64,000 nucleotides of DNA from a virus. The DNA lies in the IMG/VR virus record IMGVR_UViG_3300023296_000800. One strand, 5' to 3'. A program made the position numbers and the translations under genes. The notes beneath the pieces were generated by a model. The model did not search any database, was not told the origin of the DNA, and saw nothing but the letters and a program-made list of their open reading frames with translations. Shown here piece after piece: positions 56,639 through 64,000 of the stretch. Numbering within the stretch: the stretch's first letter is position 1; each line of letters begins with the position of its first letter.

Positions 56639-56807
56639 AGATAGATTTGAGCATAAAGCAGGCACTGTTGTGTATGAATTCATCGGACATGATTATGGGT
56701 GCAGAAGGGACGATGAATGGTGTACTAAAACACCTCATTCTGTAGTAACATTAGAGTCAGATGGGTCAGGAGCATTCTTCACTGTACCAACAGAGGATTT
56801 ATCATAA
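56625..56807 (+). CDS. Hypothetical protein
   Basis: AAGGAG RBS before ATG 56625. Confidence 0.65.
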   Translation: MNLIKDRFEHKAGTVVYEFIGHDYGCRRDDEWCTKTPHSVVTLESDGSGAFFTVPTEDLS

Positions 56808-57217
56808 AACACGATCATGGACCATGGCGTAGATTTAACGAATGGATAGACGATCTACCTTGGCAAGAATATGGTGGTGTTCTTGTCGAAACAAGAACCG
56901 TACCCGTAAGTGGTCCTTTTCCAGAGGGCCACGGAATGCATGGGTTGAATGAGTGGGATGAAGTTCAATGTACAACAACAAAAATGCTTTCGTATCGTCC
57001 TATAGAAAGACGGGTGATATGGGAGGCTAAGACTTATTGTGGAGTAGGCGTACCCACCGACCATCTGGAGAGGGTGCATATAAGAGAGTTTGAGAATGCG
57101 ATGGAAGTAAAGAAGAACAAGGGAAAGAGGGTTTTGAAAAAGATACAGCCCATGACCATAGAGCTTGCGCCCGAAGGTGGATCACCTTACCCACCCGACT
57201 TTTATGAGGAGATTTAA
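56804..57217 (+). CDS. Hypothetical protein, probable non-canonical ATA start
   Basis: The frame of ORF 56936 continues upstream; ATA at 56804 overlaps the previous TAA and has AGAGGA 6 nt upstream. Confidence 0.55.
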   Translation: MKHDHGPWRRFNEWIDDLPWQEYGGVLVETRTVPVSGPFPEGHGMHGLNEWDEVQCTTTKMLSYRPIERRVIWEAKTYCGVGVPTDHLERVHIREFENAMEVKKNKGKRVLKKIQPMTIELAPEGGSPYPPDFYEEI

Positions 57218-57219
57218 GA

Positions 57220-57747
57220 ATGAAAGACCTTATTTTAATGGCATTAGCACATGAAGCGCCTCATATGGCTAAATGGGACAACGTATTCTTTACTGGAGTA
57301 GGTAAAGTCAATGCCGCACTTACGGCCGCAAGATTAATCGAAATATACAATCCTAGGACTGTTTGGAACTTTGGGACAGCAGGTGGTATTAAGTTAGACA
57401 AGGGATTGCATGAAATGAAGAATTTTGTTGAACGAGATAGAGGCAAGTGTCCCGAATCTATTCAACTGGTTCTTCCAACTGATCCGGTTGTATTATCTTT
57501 TGGCATAGGATATACTTGTAGCACAGGAGACAATTTTGTCACTGATCCTAATTTAGAAATACCTGCGCATGTGGTTGACATGGAAGCATATGCAATTGCA
57601 AAAGCATGCAACAATCAATACCTTGAATTTAAGTGTTTTAAATACGTGAGTGATAGTGCTGACGAAGGGGCTGATACTGAATGGTTAACCAACATACAAG
57701 CAGGCGAAAATCATTACATAACAACATACCAAAGCTATGTCTCTTAG
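57220..57747 (+). CDS. MTA/SAH nucleosidase-like (PNP/UDP family)
   Basis: TGVGKVNAA, NFGTAGG, STGDNF, VDMEAYAIA, KYVSDSAD. Confidence 0.8.
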   Translation: MKDLILMALAHEAPHMAKWDNVFFTGVGKVNAALTAARLIEIYNPRTVWNFGTAGGIKLDKGLHEMKNFVERDRGKCPESIQLVLPTDPVVLSFGIGYTCSTGDNFVTDPNLEIPAHVVDMEAYAIAKACNNQYLEFKCFKYVSDSADEGADTEWLTNIQAGENHYITTYQSYVS

Positions 57748-57763
57748 AGGAGGGATAAATTAC

Positions 57764-57967
57764 ATGAAAGATAAGTATCACACATTTACAAATGATAACA
57801 AAAAAGCAGAAGTCTTTTTAGACACAACCGCAGGCCCTAAGGGAATTTGGATAGTTGAGTGTTCGGAAAAGAAAGAACTGGTGAAATTATTTACAGTGGC
57901 CAATGAAAAAGCCGCAGAACTTTTGTCAGATGAATGGGTTATGGGCGAACTAAAAATTGATAGGTAG
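57764..57967 (+). CDS. Hypothetical protein
   Basis: GGAGG RBS before ATG 57764. Confidence 0.6.
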   Translation: MKDKYHTFTNDNKKAEVFLDTTAGPKGIWIVECSEKKELVKLFTVANEKAAELLSDEWVMGELKIDR

Positions 57968-57972
57968 AAGAT

Positions 57973-59079
57973 ATGATAATTAAAGAATTACTGCGCGAAG
58001 ACGAGAATGTTTCTCGCCATAAACCACATCTATATTTAGATATGGATGGAGTCCAGGCTGACTTTGATAAATCATGGTGTGAGTTTGAAGGGGTTAGTGA
58101 TTGCGAAGACATAGCCAACCCAGAGCAGTCAATACAGCGTTTGGCAGCCGGCGGATCTGACGCTGTATACGAGTTTTTCCGCGATCTGGAGACCCTAAGG
58201 GGAGGCCTAAGCGTTATTAAGTGGCTACAACAACATAATATCAACTATACAATACTTTCTGCACCTTTAAGGTATGATCCTGAGCCAAGTATCAAAGGCA
58301 AGCAAGAATGGCTTGATAAACACCACCCAGGAACGTCTGAGGACGCCATATACACATCTAACAAGTACAAGTATGCAACTGACAAAAATGGCAATCCCAA
58401 CGTGCTAATCGACGATTACAGCAAGAATATAGTCCCATGGGACAACGCAGGGGGCATAGCAATCACGCATGATCCAGCTGATGCAGGGCCCACAATCAAA
58501 GCACTTGAGCAGATATATCTCAAAGATGAGATAGATGAAGCAAGTCCTGACACATTAGAGGGTAGTTTTACCCCTGATCTACAGTATAGTAAAGTCTGGT
58601 TACTAGATGAGGTACAGAAGATACTAAAGAAAGCCAAAGTACCAAATTTAGATACTATCTATAACTTAGGTAGTTGGTACAGTAACATGGGATTGTTCTT
58701 AGTTGCGAACAAGTTAGGGTTTAACAAGTTAATCAACGTTGATATAGATGAGAATACATTGACAACAGGAGCAAAACTACTAGATAAACTCGGTATATCT
58801 GATAAAGTAGAACATATGCACAAGGATGCCAATACAATAGACTACAGACAACTTAAATCTCCTGGACTAGTTATCAATACATCGACTAATGACATTGATG
58901 GAGATGATTGGTTAAAGAATATCCCTGAGGGGACATTAGTTGCAATGCAAGGTAGACACGGAACACTAGCAGAATTTGACAATCAATTCCCATTGAGGAA
59001 AACATACTTTTTAGATGAAGTTGAACTGGAAGATCCAGAGACTGAATATGAAAGGTTTATGAAAATAGGTGTTAAATGA
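57973..59079 (+). CDS. Fusion: HAD 5'(3')-deoxyribonucleotidase-like domain plus methyltransferase-like Rossmann domain
   Basis: YLDMDGVQADF (DxDG), ILSAP, LIDDY; C-terminal IYNLGSWYSNM, INVDID, VINTST. Confidence 0.7.
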   Translation: MIIKELLREDENVSRHKPHLYLDMDGVQADFDKSWCEFEGVSDCEDIANPEQSIQRLAAGGSDAVYEFFRDLETLRGGLSVIKWLQQHNINYTILSAPLRYDPEPSIKGKQEWLDKHHPGTSEDAIYTSNKYKYATDKNGNPNVLIDDYSKNIVPWDNAGGIAITHDPADAGPTIKALEQIYLKDEIDEASPDTLEGSFTPDLQYSKVWLLDEVQKILKKAKVPNLDTIYNLGSWYSNMGLFLVANKLGFNKLINVDIDENTLTTGAKLLDKLGISDKVEHMHKDANTIDYRQLKSPGLVINTSTNDIDGDDWLKNIPEGTLVAMQGRHGTLAEFDNQFPLRKTYFLDEVELEDPETEYERFMKIGVK

Positions 59080-59729
59080 TTTATTTTGAAGATGACTTCT
59101 TACCAGAAGATCAATTTTTAGCACTAAAAGCGCAAGTTGAATCTAAGTATAAGCCTATAAAACCTAGAAAGTTATTCGCTAACTATGACTACAGACTAGA
59201 ACCAGACAAATTTATTCTGCCTGTAGCACGAACAGGTAACTGGATGGATAGTTGTACACAAGCGGTCGAATGTATCCCTGCTTTGCAAAAAATGGAAGAC
59301 ACACTGAAGTCATTGGGCATACAAGAATTAAAGAACTGGTCATCTTGGTTTCAATATTCAGTAGATACAATGTCTCTTCCTGTCCACAGAGATCAATCAG
59401 TAAGAAAGAGTTTACCTAAAGATACTTACACTGCTGTTATCTATACAAGTGATTGGAAGCCTAATTGGGGAGGAGAATTTGTTGTAGGCAAGCCAGTCTT
59501 TGATAGACCAGGCGGAAATGTAAAATCATTAACAAACTTTACTCACACTATCGAGCCTAAACCAAATCGTATGACTATATGGAGCAGAGAAGAATGGCAT
59601 ATGGTCAATGCACTAACTGTTAATGATCCTGACTATGTTAGATCATTCATGGGTACTAGCTGGAGTTCAGTAGAAAACAGTGAATATGAAAATAACCCAT
59701 ATCAACGTTTTTACTTTACTGAAAGATGA
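59076..59729 (+). CDS. 2OG-Fe(II) oxygenase (prolyl-hydroxylase-like)
   Basis: VHRD, AVIY..DWKPNWGGEF, PKPNRM, WHMV, R. Confidence 0.85.
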   Translation: MIYFEDDFLPEDQFLALKAQVESKYKPIKPRKLFANYDYRLEPDKFILPVARTGNWMDSCTQAVECIPALQKMEDTLKSLGIQELKNWSSWFQYSVDTMSLPVHRDQSVRKSLPKDTYTAVIYTSDWKPNWGGEFVVGKPVFDRPGGNVKSLTNFTHTIEPKPNRMTIWSREEWHMVNALTVNDPDYVRSFMGTSWSSVENSEYENNPYQRFYFTER

Positions 59730-60382
59730 TATACTACCAAGATAATTTTTTACCCCAAGAACAGTTTGAAGCCTTAGCGAAAAGAGTACAAGGAAGATTT
59801 GGAACTGGAGACACACGTAGCTTAGTTGAAGATTCTGATGAGCCAGTAAGATTAACTTATCACGACCACACTGGGAATTGGCGTGAAGGGTGTAATTTTC
59901 TAGGACATGAATGTATTCCAGCTATAGAAAAAATCATTGCGACTATGGAAGAGAACAACATTGAAAATATAAAAAACTGGTCTGTATGGTTTCAATATAT
60001 TATTGACACCATGACTTTGCCGCCACACCAAGATACAGGTTTGCGTAAAAGTGATCAAGCAAATACATACACTGCGGTTATCTATACAAGTGATTGGAAG
60101 CCGGGATGGGGCGGCGAGTTTATCGTAGGTGAACCAGTCTACAAAGAACTAGAGCCATCACTAGCTAAATCAATGATTCATGCCAGAGCAGACTCGCTTA
60201 CTAATTTAACGCATGTAATTGATCCAGTACCAAATCGGATGTTGATGTGGAGCAGAGAAGAATGGCATGCAGTAAACAAAGTTACTGTTAATGATCCGAA
60301 ATACATGAGAGCGTTCTTTGGAACTGGTTGGAGTTCGATAGACGTAAATGCTATAGCCCGCAATGCAACAGAGCACGGATAA
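59726..60382 (+). CDS. 2OG-Fe(II) oxygenase, paralog of the upstream gene
   Basis: PHQD, DWKPGWGGEF, PVPNRM, WHAV. Confidence 0.85.
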   Translation: MIYYQDNFLPQEQFEALAKRVQGRFGTGDTRSLVEDSDEPVRLTYHDHTGNWREGCNFLGHECIPAIEKIIATMEENNIENIKNWSVWFQYIIDTMTLPPHQDTGLRKSDQANTYTAVIYTSDWKPGWGGEFIVGEPVYKELEPSLAKSMIHARADSLTNLTHVIDPVPNRMLMWSREEWHAVNKVTVNDPKYMRAFFGTGWSSIDVNAIARNATEHG

Positions 60383-60386
60383 TAAT

Positions 60387-60992
60387 ATGATATTTAAAGA
60401 AGACAATTTTTTACCAATCGATGTGCTTGACAAGTTAAGTGACAAAACAGCATATCTTTATAAATTGGCTAAAGTAGAAACATCCTTTCTGAATATCACG
60501 GTACCAGTGATAGACGATGATAATGGTGTATACGAAATTACTCAAAGTAAGCAATTTTGCAAACGATTTAGATTTTTCTGTAACGGCGATGATGTAATGA
60601 AAGAAACAGTGGATTTCTTTGGAGAAGACATAGAAAAAGTGATACTGTGCACCAAGCAATACATCATTGATCAGGGTTGGAAAGACATCAAGTTAAGTAA
60701 TGTATGGTTTCAGTACGGAGATACCGAATCACTGATGCATAGACACACTGACGGACAAATACGCGGTGTAGAATATCAAAATTGTCTTACGTCTATGATT
60801 TTCTGTCACAAAAAATGGGATGATGATTGTGGAGGTATCTTCAGAGCAGTAGATGGCGATACTACCAAATCATTCGGGCCCACGCCTAATCGTTTAGTTG
60901 TATGGAACAGAAATCATGCTCACTGGATGACGCCTATAGTCAAGGAATGCCCACTTAGAATGTTTATCGGAATGTCTTGGTATGCAAAATAA
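60387..60992 (+). CDS. 2OG-Fe(II) oxygenase
   Basis: RHTD, KWDDDCGG, PTPNRLV, HAHWM, RMF. Confidence 0.8.
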   Translation: MIFKEDNFLPIDVLDKLSDKTAYLYKLAKVETSFLNITVPVIDDDNGVYEITQSKQFCKRFRFFCNGDDVMKETVDFFGEDIEKVILCTKQYIIDQGWKDIKLSNVWFQYGDTESLMHRHTDGQIRGVEYQNCLTSMIFCHKKWDDDCGGIFRAVDGDTTKSFGPTPNRLVVWNRNHAHWMTPIVKECPLRMFIGMSWYAK

Positions 60993-61536
60993 TTTAGCAG
61001 AATTAAGATCAGTTGATATCGATATCGGAGTGCTTCGAACAGAATGGGAAGCACAAGTTGTTTATCAATTTGATCATGCATGGGAAGCACGTAATTATGT
61101 TAGTTTCGAATTCTTTACTGCTTACTATAAGCAATTGCTACTCGACATTGAAAATAAAATAGGCGAGACACCACTTAATTATATCATTCAGATGCACGAC
61201 CCCAAGTTAATTACTGATAAATGGTATCTTAACATAGCACACAAAGATGCAGATCGATTGGCATGCATTACCATACCAGTATACTATAATCGCATGGAAC
61301 CTATCAATTTTTATGACGATGTATTTGAAAAAATGCCCGAGCATGGCAAGCCTATCACAACAAGACCCAATCAGGTTGGACAGTACAGCGAGTGTCATCC
61401 AACACTGGTCAACGTAAACAATTATCATAATGTCAGAATATTAGACGAGGTAGAACCTAGAATTTTTATTCAAATGAGTTACAACATCCATTTTGACGAT
61501 CTAATAGAGAAGAATAAAAACATGTATGTATTATAA
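60982..61536 (+). CDS. 2OG-Fe(II) oxygenase-like (divergent)
   Basis: AHKD...ITIP...PTLVNV..YHNV...RIFIQM. Confidence 0.6.
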   Translation: MQNNLAELRSVDIDIGVLRTEWEAQVVYQFDHAWEARNYVSFEFFTAYYKQLLLDIENKIGETPLNYIIQMHDPKLITDKWYLNIAHKDADRLACITIPVYYNRMEPINFYDDVFEKMPEHGKPITTRPNQVGQYSECHPTLVNVNNYHNVRILDEVEPRIFIQMSYNIHFDDLIEKNKNMYVL

Positions 61537-61550
61537 GGATAAATACTATA

Positions 61551-61727
61551 ATGTCAGAATCAGATAAAGTTAGATACGAAGTAATTACACAAGAAAACAC
61601 GGACGGTGATTTGATTATTCCAATCCCTGCTCCGTTACTTAAATCATTGGGCTGGACAGAAGAAACAGAACTAGCTATCGGTGTTAACGAAAACGGCACT
61701 ATATTTTTAAAGAAGGCTGAACAATGA
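61551..61727 (+). CDS. AbrB/MazE/SpoVT-like swapped-hairpin protein (absent from the ORF track)
   Basis: GDLIIPIPAPLLKSLGWTEETELAI; GATAAATA ends 6 nt before ATG. Confidence 0.65.
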   Translation: MSESDKVRYEVITQENTDGDLIIPIPAPLLKSLGWTEETELAIGVNENGTIFLKKAEQ

Positions 61728-62296
61728 GCAAAACGAAAGAAAAGAATTACAGACTACATCCAAATTTCGCGGCAGGATACTTGAACCAACCGTTCGAACC
61801 GATAACGCCGCCCTACGCACCATCCAGCCACCTAAATGCAGTATCAAATACAGGTCCAAAACGAAGTCTTAGTAATTTAGGCTTAACTTCAGGTCACAGT
61901 TCACCAGGCTTAACTTCAGGCAATCCGCCTAATCCCAATGGTAATGGTTTCACTGGTAATGGTACTAGTTTCACCGTTACGGATGGTACCACGACTCAAC
62001 TAAACGGCATGAATTATGGTACCATAACTAGTGTTGGTGATTCTTATGGTATCGGTATCGGTGAAACCAAAGGACATCTCGCAGTTGATGGTGAGATCCT
62101 CACCGCAGAAAAAATACAAATATTAGATGGTTTAAAAGACTGGCAAAAAGAAATAGATGCTAAACTTGGAATCCTGCGGCCCAATCCTAAGTTAGAAGCA
62201 GAATGGGCTGAGTTAAAAGAACTCAGAGAACGATACGAGGAACTTGAAAAAGAGTTTACAGAGAAAAACCTGGCGTGGGATATTCTTAAGAAATAA
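61724..62296 (+). CDS. Low-complexity N-terminus with C-terminal coiled coil
   Basis: G/T/N-rich region; LGILRPNPKLEAEWAELKELRERY. Confidence 0.75.
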   Translation: MSKTKEKNYRLHPNFAAGYLNQPFEPITPPYAPSSHLNAVSNTGPKRSLSNLGLTSGHSSPGLTSGNPPNPNGNGFTGNGTSFTVTDGTTTQLNGMNYGTITSVGDSYGIGIGETKGHLAVDGEILTAEKIQILDGLKDWQKEIDAKLGILRPNPKLEAEWAELKELRERYEELEKEFTEKNLAWDILKK

Positions 62297-62313
62297 CGAG
62301 TTAGGGGAAACCA

Positions 62314-62928
62314 ATGATCGATGTTCAACGCGGGTTTCTTGTCAATGATCGAGAAATCGATGCATCATTCAATTCAATAGGTCATCGATGCCCTGAGATC
62401 GATGATGTTCTTGGTAAAGATTTAAATTGGAAAAGATATTTTATCGTTTTGGGTGATAATGCTGGCCTGCACATGCATTTACCACTAGAAGATACTTGGC
62501 CATATCTATTATCAAAAAATATTGGCCATACATATTATAATCTGTGTGTTATAGACGGCGGGACAGAAGCAGTCAGATTTAACTTAATGTCTTGGCTTCA
62601 TAAATATCCGACACCTAAATATATCTTTGTTTCGTGTGAATGGGCTAATCGATTCTTCGGAGTAAATTATGAAGACGACACCCACGACATTAACAAAGCA
62701 TCGACTCTTGCAGATGAGGTAGGATATTTCTCAGGTAGACAAAGATTGTTAAGTACATTGGTCGAACATATAGATATACCTATCTACCAAATCATGCGTT
62801 CCACCGACATTCCTGTGCTTATATCAAATAATGTAACTAATATTATAGTTGATCACACAGACGATCAATTAGTCGCTGAAACGCTCGCCAGGGGCTTTAG
62901 GCAGAAGCAGAGAGCTATATCTGTATGA
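62314..62928 (+). CDS. Degenerate SGNH-like protein
   Basis: NSIGHRC, TWPYLL, YYNL; lacks the block I Ser; paralog of the next gene. Confidence 0.55.
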   Translation: MIDVQRGFLVNDREIDASFNSIGHRCPEIDDVLGKDLNWKRYFIVLGDNAGLHMHLPLEDTWPYLLSKNIGHTYYNLCVIDGGTEAVRFNLMSWLHKYPTPKYIFVSCEWANRFFGVNYEDDTHDINKASTLADEVGYFSGRQRLLSTLVEHIDIPIYQIMRSTDIPVLISNNVTNIIVDHTDDQLVAETLARGFRQKQRAISV

Positions 62929-63557
62929 AGCAAATGCTGTTTAGTCATGCGGCTATTGCTGAAGATCCTGAATACAACTCATATGGTCATCGATGCAAAG
63001 AGGTAGCAGACCTTGACAAAGACAACTATGTACTTTTTGCAGGATGTAGTCATGTCGTAGGCGTCGGTGTTAAAATAGAAGAATCATTTCCCTACCTGAT
63101 AGCAAAAGAACTAGGATGCGATTACTACAACTTAGGTGTGGGTGGTGGTGGATTAGATGCACTAGAACACAATTTACTTTTATGGGGCGCATTAATACCG
63201 AACCCACCCAAATACATATTCTGTGAATGGCCGCCAGAGCAGAGATTTATGAATCAGTTGCCAGGCTATGACAATATGCTTCCATGTGGATCATGGCATG
63301 GGGGCAAGAACCAAGAATTTTTAATAGAGGCTTACTATCCTTTAAAGGTTAAACAACAGTTAGTATATCAGTTGGTCAGAGAAGTCATTGATGTACCTAT
63401 CATTGACATAAGATACGGTCCATTGGCTATAATGGGGCGTAATGCGTATACTATCTGGCATCAGAAATCTGATGTGGGAACTGATGGGAAGCATCCAGGT
63501 CCACTTTCTCATCAAGAAACCACCAACAAAGTAATGGAGTATCTTAATACTAGATAA
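62925..63557 (+). CDS. SGNH hydrolase-like protein
   Basis: NSYGHRC, FAGCSHVVG, YYNLGVGG, DGKHPG. Confidence 0.7.
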   Translation: MKQMLFSHAAIAEDPEYNSYGHRCKEVADLDKDNYVLFAGCSHVVGVGVKIEESFPYLIAKELGCDYYNLGVGGGGLDALEHNLLLWGALIPNPPKYIFCEWPPEQRFMNQLPGYDNMLPCGSWHGGKNQEFLIEAYYPLKVKQQLVYQLVREVIDVPIIDIRYGPLAIMGRNAYTIWHQKSDVGTDGKHPGPLSHQETTNKVMEYLNTR

Positions 63558-63565
63558 ATAAATAT

Positions 63566-64000
63566 ATGATAAAACAATATAAACAAGCAGTAACCGAAGG
63601 GAAAAGAGTAAATAGACCGGCCGACATCGAGATCATTCCTCTTAACTTTGATGCTAAGGAAGTAAAGCCAGTAATGAGCCAAGACACCCTAGATTTACAT
63701 TATGATAAGTTAGCGAAGGGTTATGCGACACGGTATAATAAACACGAAGGGAAGGCTGAATTTAATTATGCAGGAGCTTTTTTGCATAATATTTATTTCC
63801 CGCAGTTTAGAGAAGTAATAAACAATAACAAACCCAATGGGCCTATCAAAGGCTTTATTGAAAAGAAATTTGGATCGTTTGAGTTGTTTCAAAAAGAAGT
63901 CGAAGTGAAAGCAATGGCAATCGAAGGATCAGGTTGGGTATACCTTGCAAAAGACGGCAAGGTCAAGATAATAGAAAACCACGAAGTACGAGATGATATA
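63566..64000 (+). CDS. sod: Fe/Mn superoxide dismutase, 3'-partial (absent from the ORF track)
   Basis: Manual translation: MSQDTLDLHYDKLAKGY...FNYAGAFLHNIYF...KFGSFELF...GSGWVYL; GATAAATA ends 6 nt before ATG. Confidence 0.9.
   Translation, partial: MIKQYKQAVTEGKRVNRPADIEIIPLNFDAKEVKPVMSQDTLDLHYDKLAKGYATRYNKHEGKAEFNYAGAFLHNIYFPQFREVINNNKPNGPIKGFIEKKFGSFELFQKEVEVKAMAIEGSGWVYLAKDGKVKIIENHEVRDDI

Noticed and set aside
660-63892. Numerous 60-120 aa ORF-track entries antisense to or nested in long genes (e.g. 660..929, 6132..6434, 20447..20767, 44146..44490, 63710..63892)
   Set aside because: Shadow frames of well-supported genes, with no RBS or recognisable motifs.
1-64000. tRNA or rRNA genes; stop-codon reassignment
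   Set aside because: No cloverleaf with TTCGA/T-loop context seen in the few intergenic gaps; genes are full length in the standard code with all three stops used.

Overview
This 64 kb window is from a large lytic dsDNA tailed phage of the broad T4-like type. It is densely coded, AT-rich, uses the standard code, and shows no tRNA, CRISPR array, integrase or core head/tail gene that I can recognise. A Gram-negative, probably proteobacterial host is suggested by YggX, a 7Fe ferredoxin, GuaC and an outer-membrane barrel gene. Layout: (1) 1-11.8 kb, probable late/virion-associated genes, including Dps, an 1858-aa repeat protein and an asparagine-synthetase-like enzyme. (2) 11.8-17.2 kb, a methyltransferase divergent from a TctA / outer-membrane barrel / TctC / sulfotransferase-like / dioxygenase cassette. 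(3) 18-37 kb, family B DNA polymerase and sliding clamp, then a 7-deazaguanine DNA-modification pathway (dpdA, dpdL-like, folE, queD, queE; no queC in the window) interleaved with a glycosyltransferase, NDP-sugar enzymes, guaC, a purine PRTase and two homing-endonuclease remnants. (4) 37-46 kb, lipase, GP88-like protein, DenV-like glycosylase, YggX and RNase H. (5) 46.4-53 kb, a tandem repeat followed by an island of small early-type genes. (6) 53-64 kb, ferredoxin, nucleotide salvage, four tandem 2OG-Fe(II) oxygenases, SGNH-like proteins and a partial SOD. The strongest leads are a possibly sugar-decorated deazaguanine system, a phage-encoded trans-envelope uptake system, and about ten proteins with T4 capsid-targeting-like N-termini that may be packaged enzyme cargo. 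All calls come from motif recognition by eye; no database searches were run.
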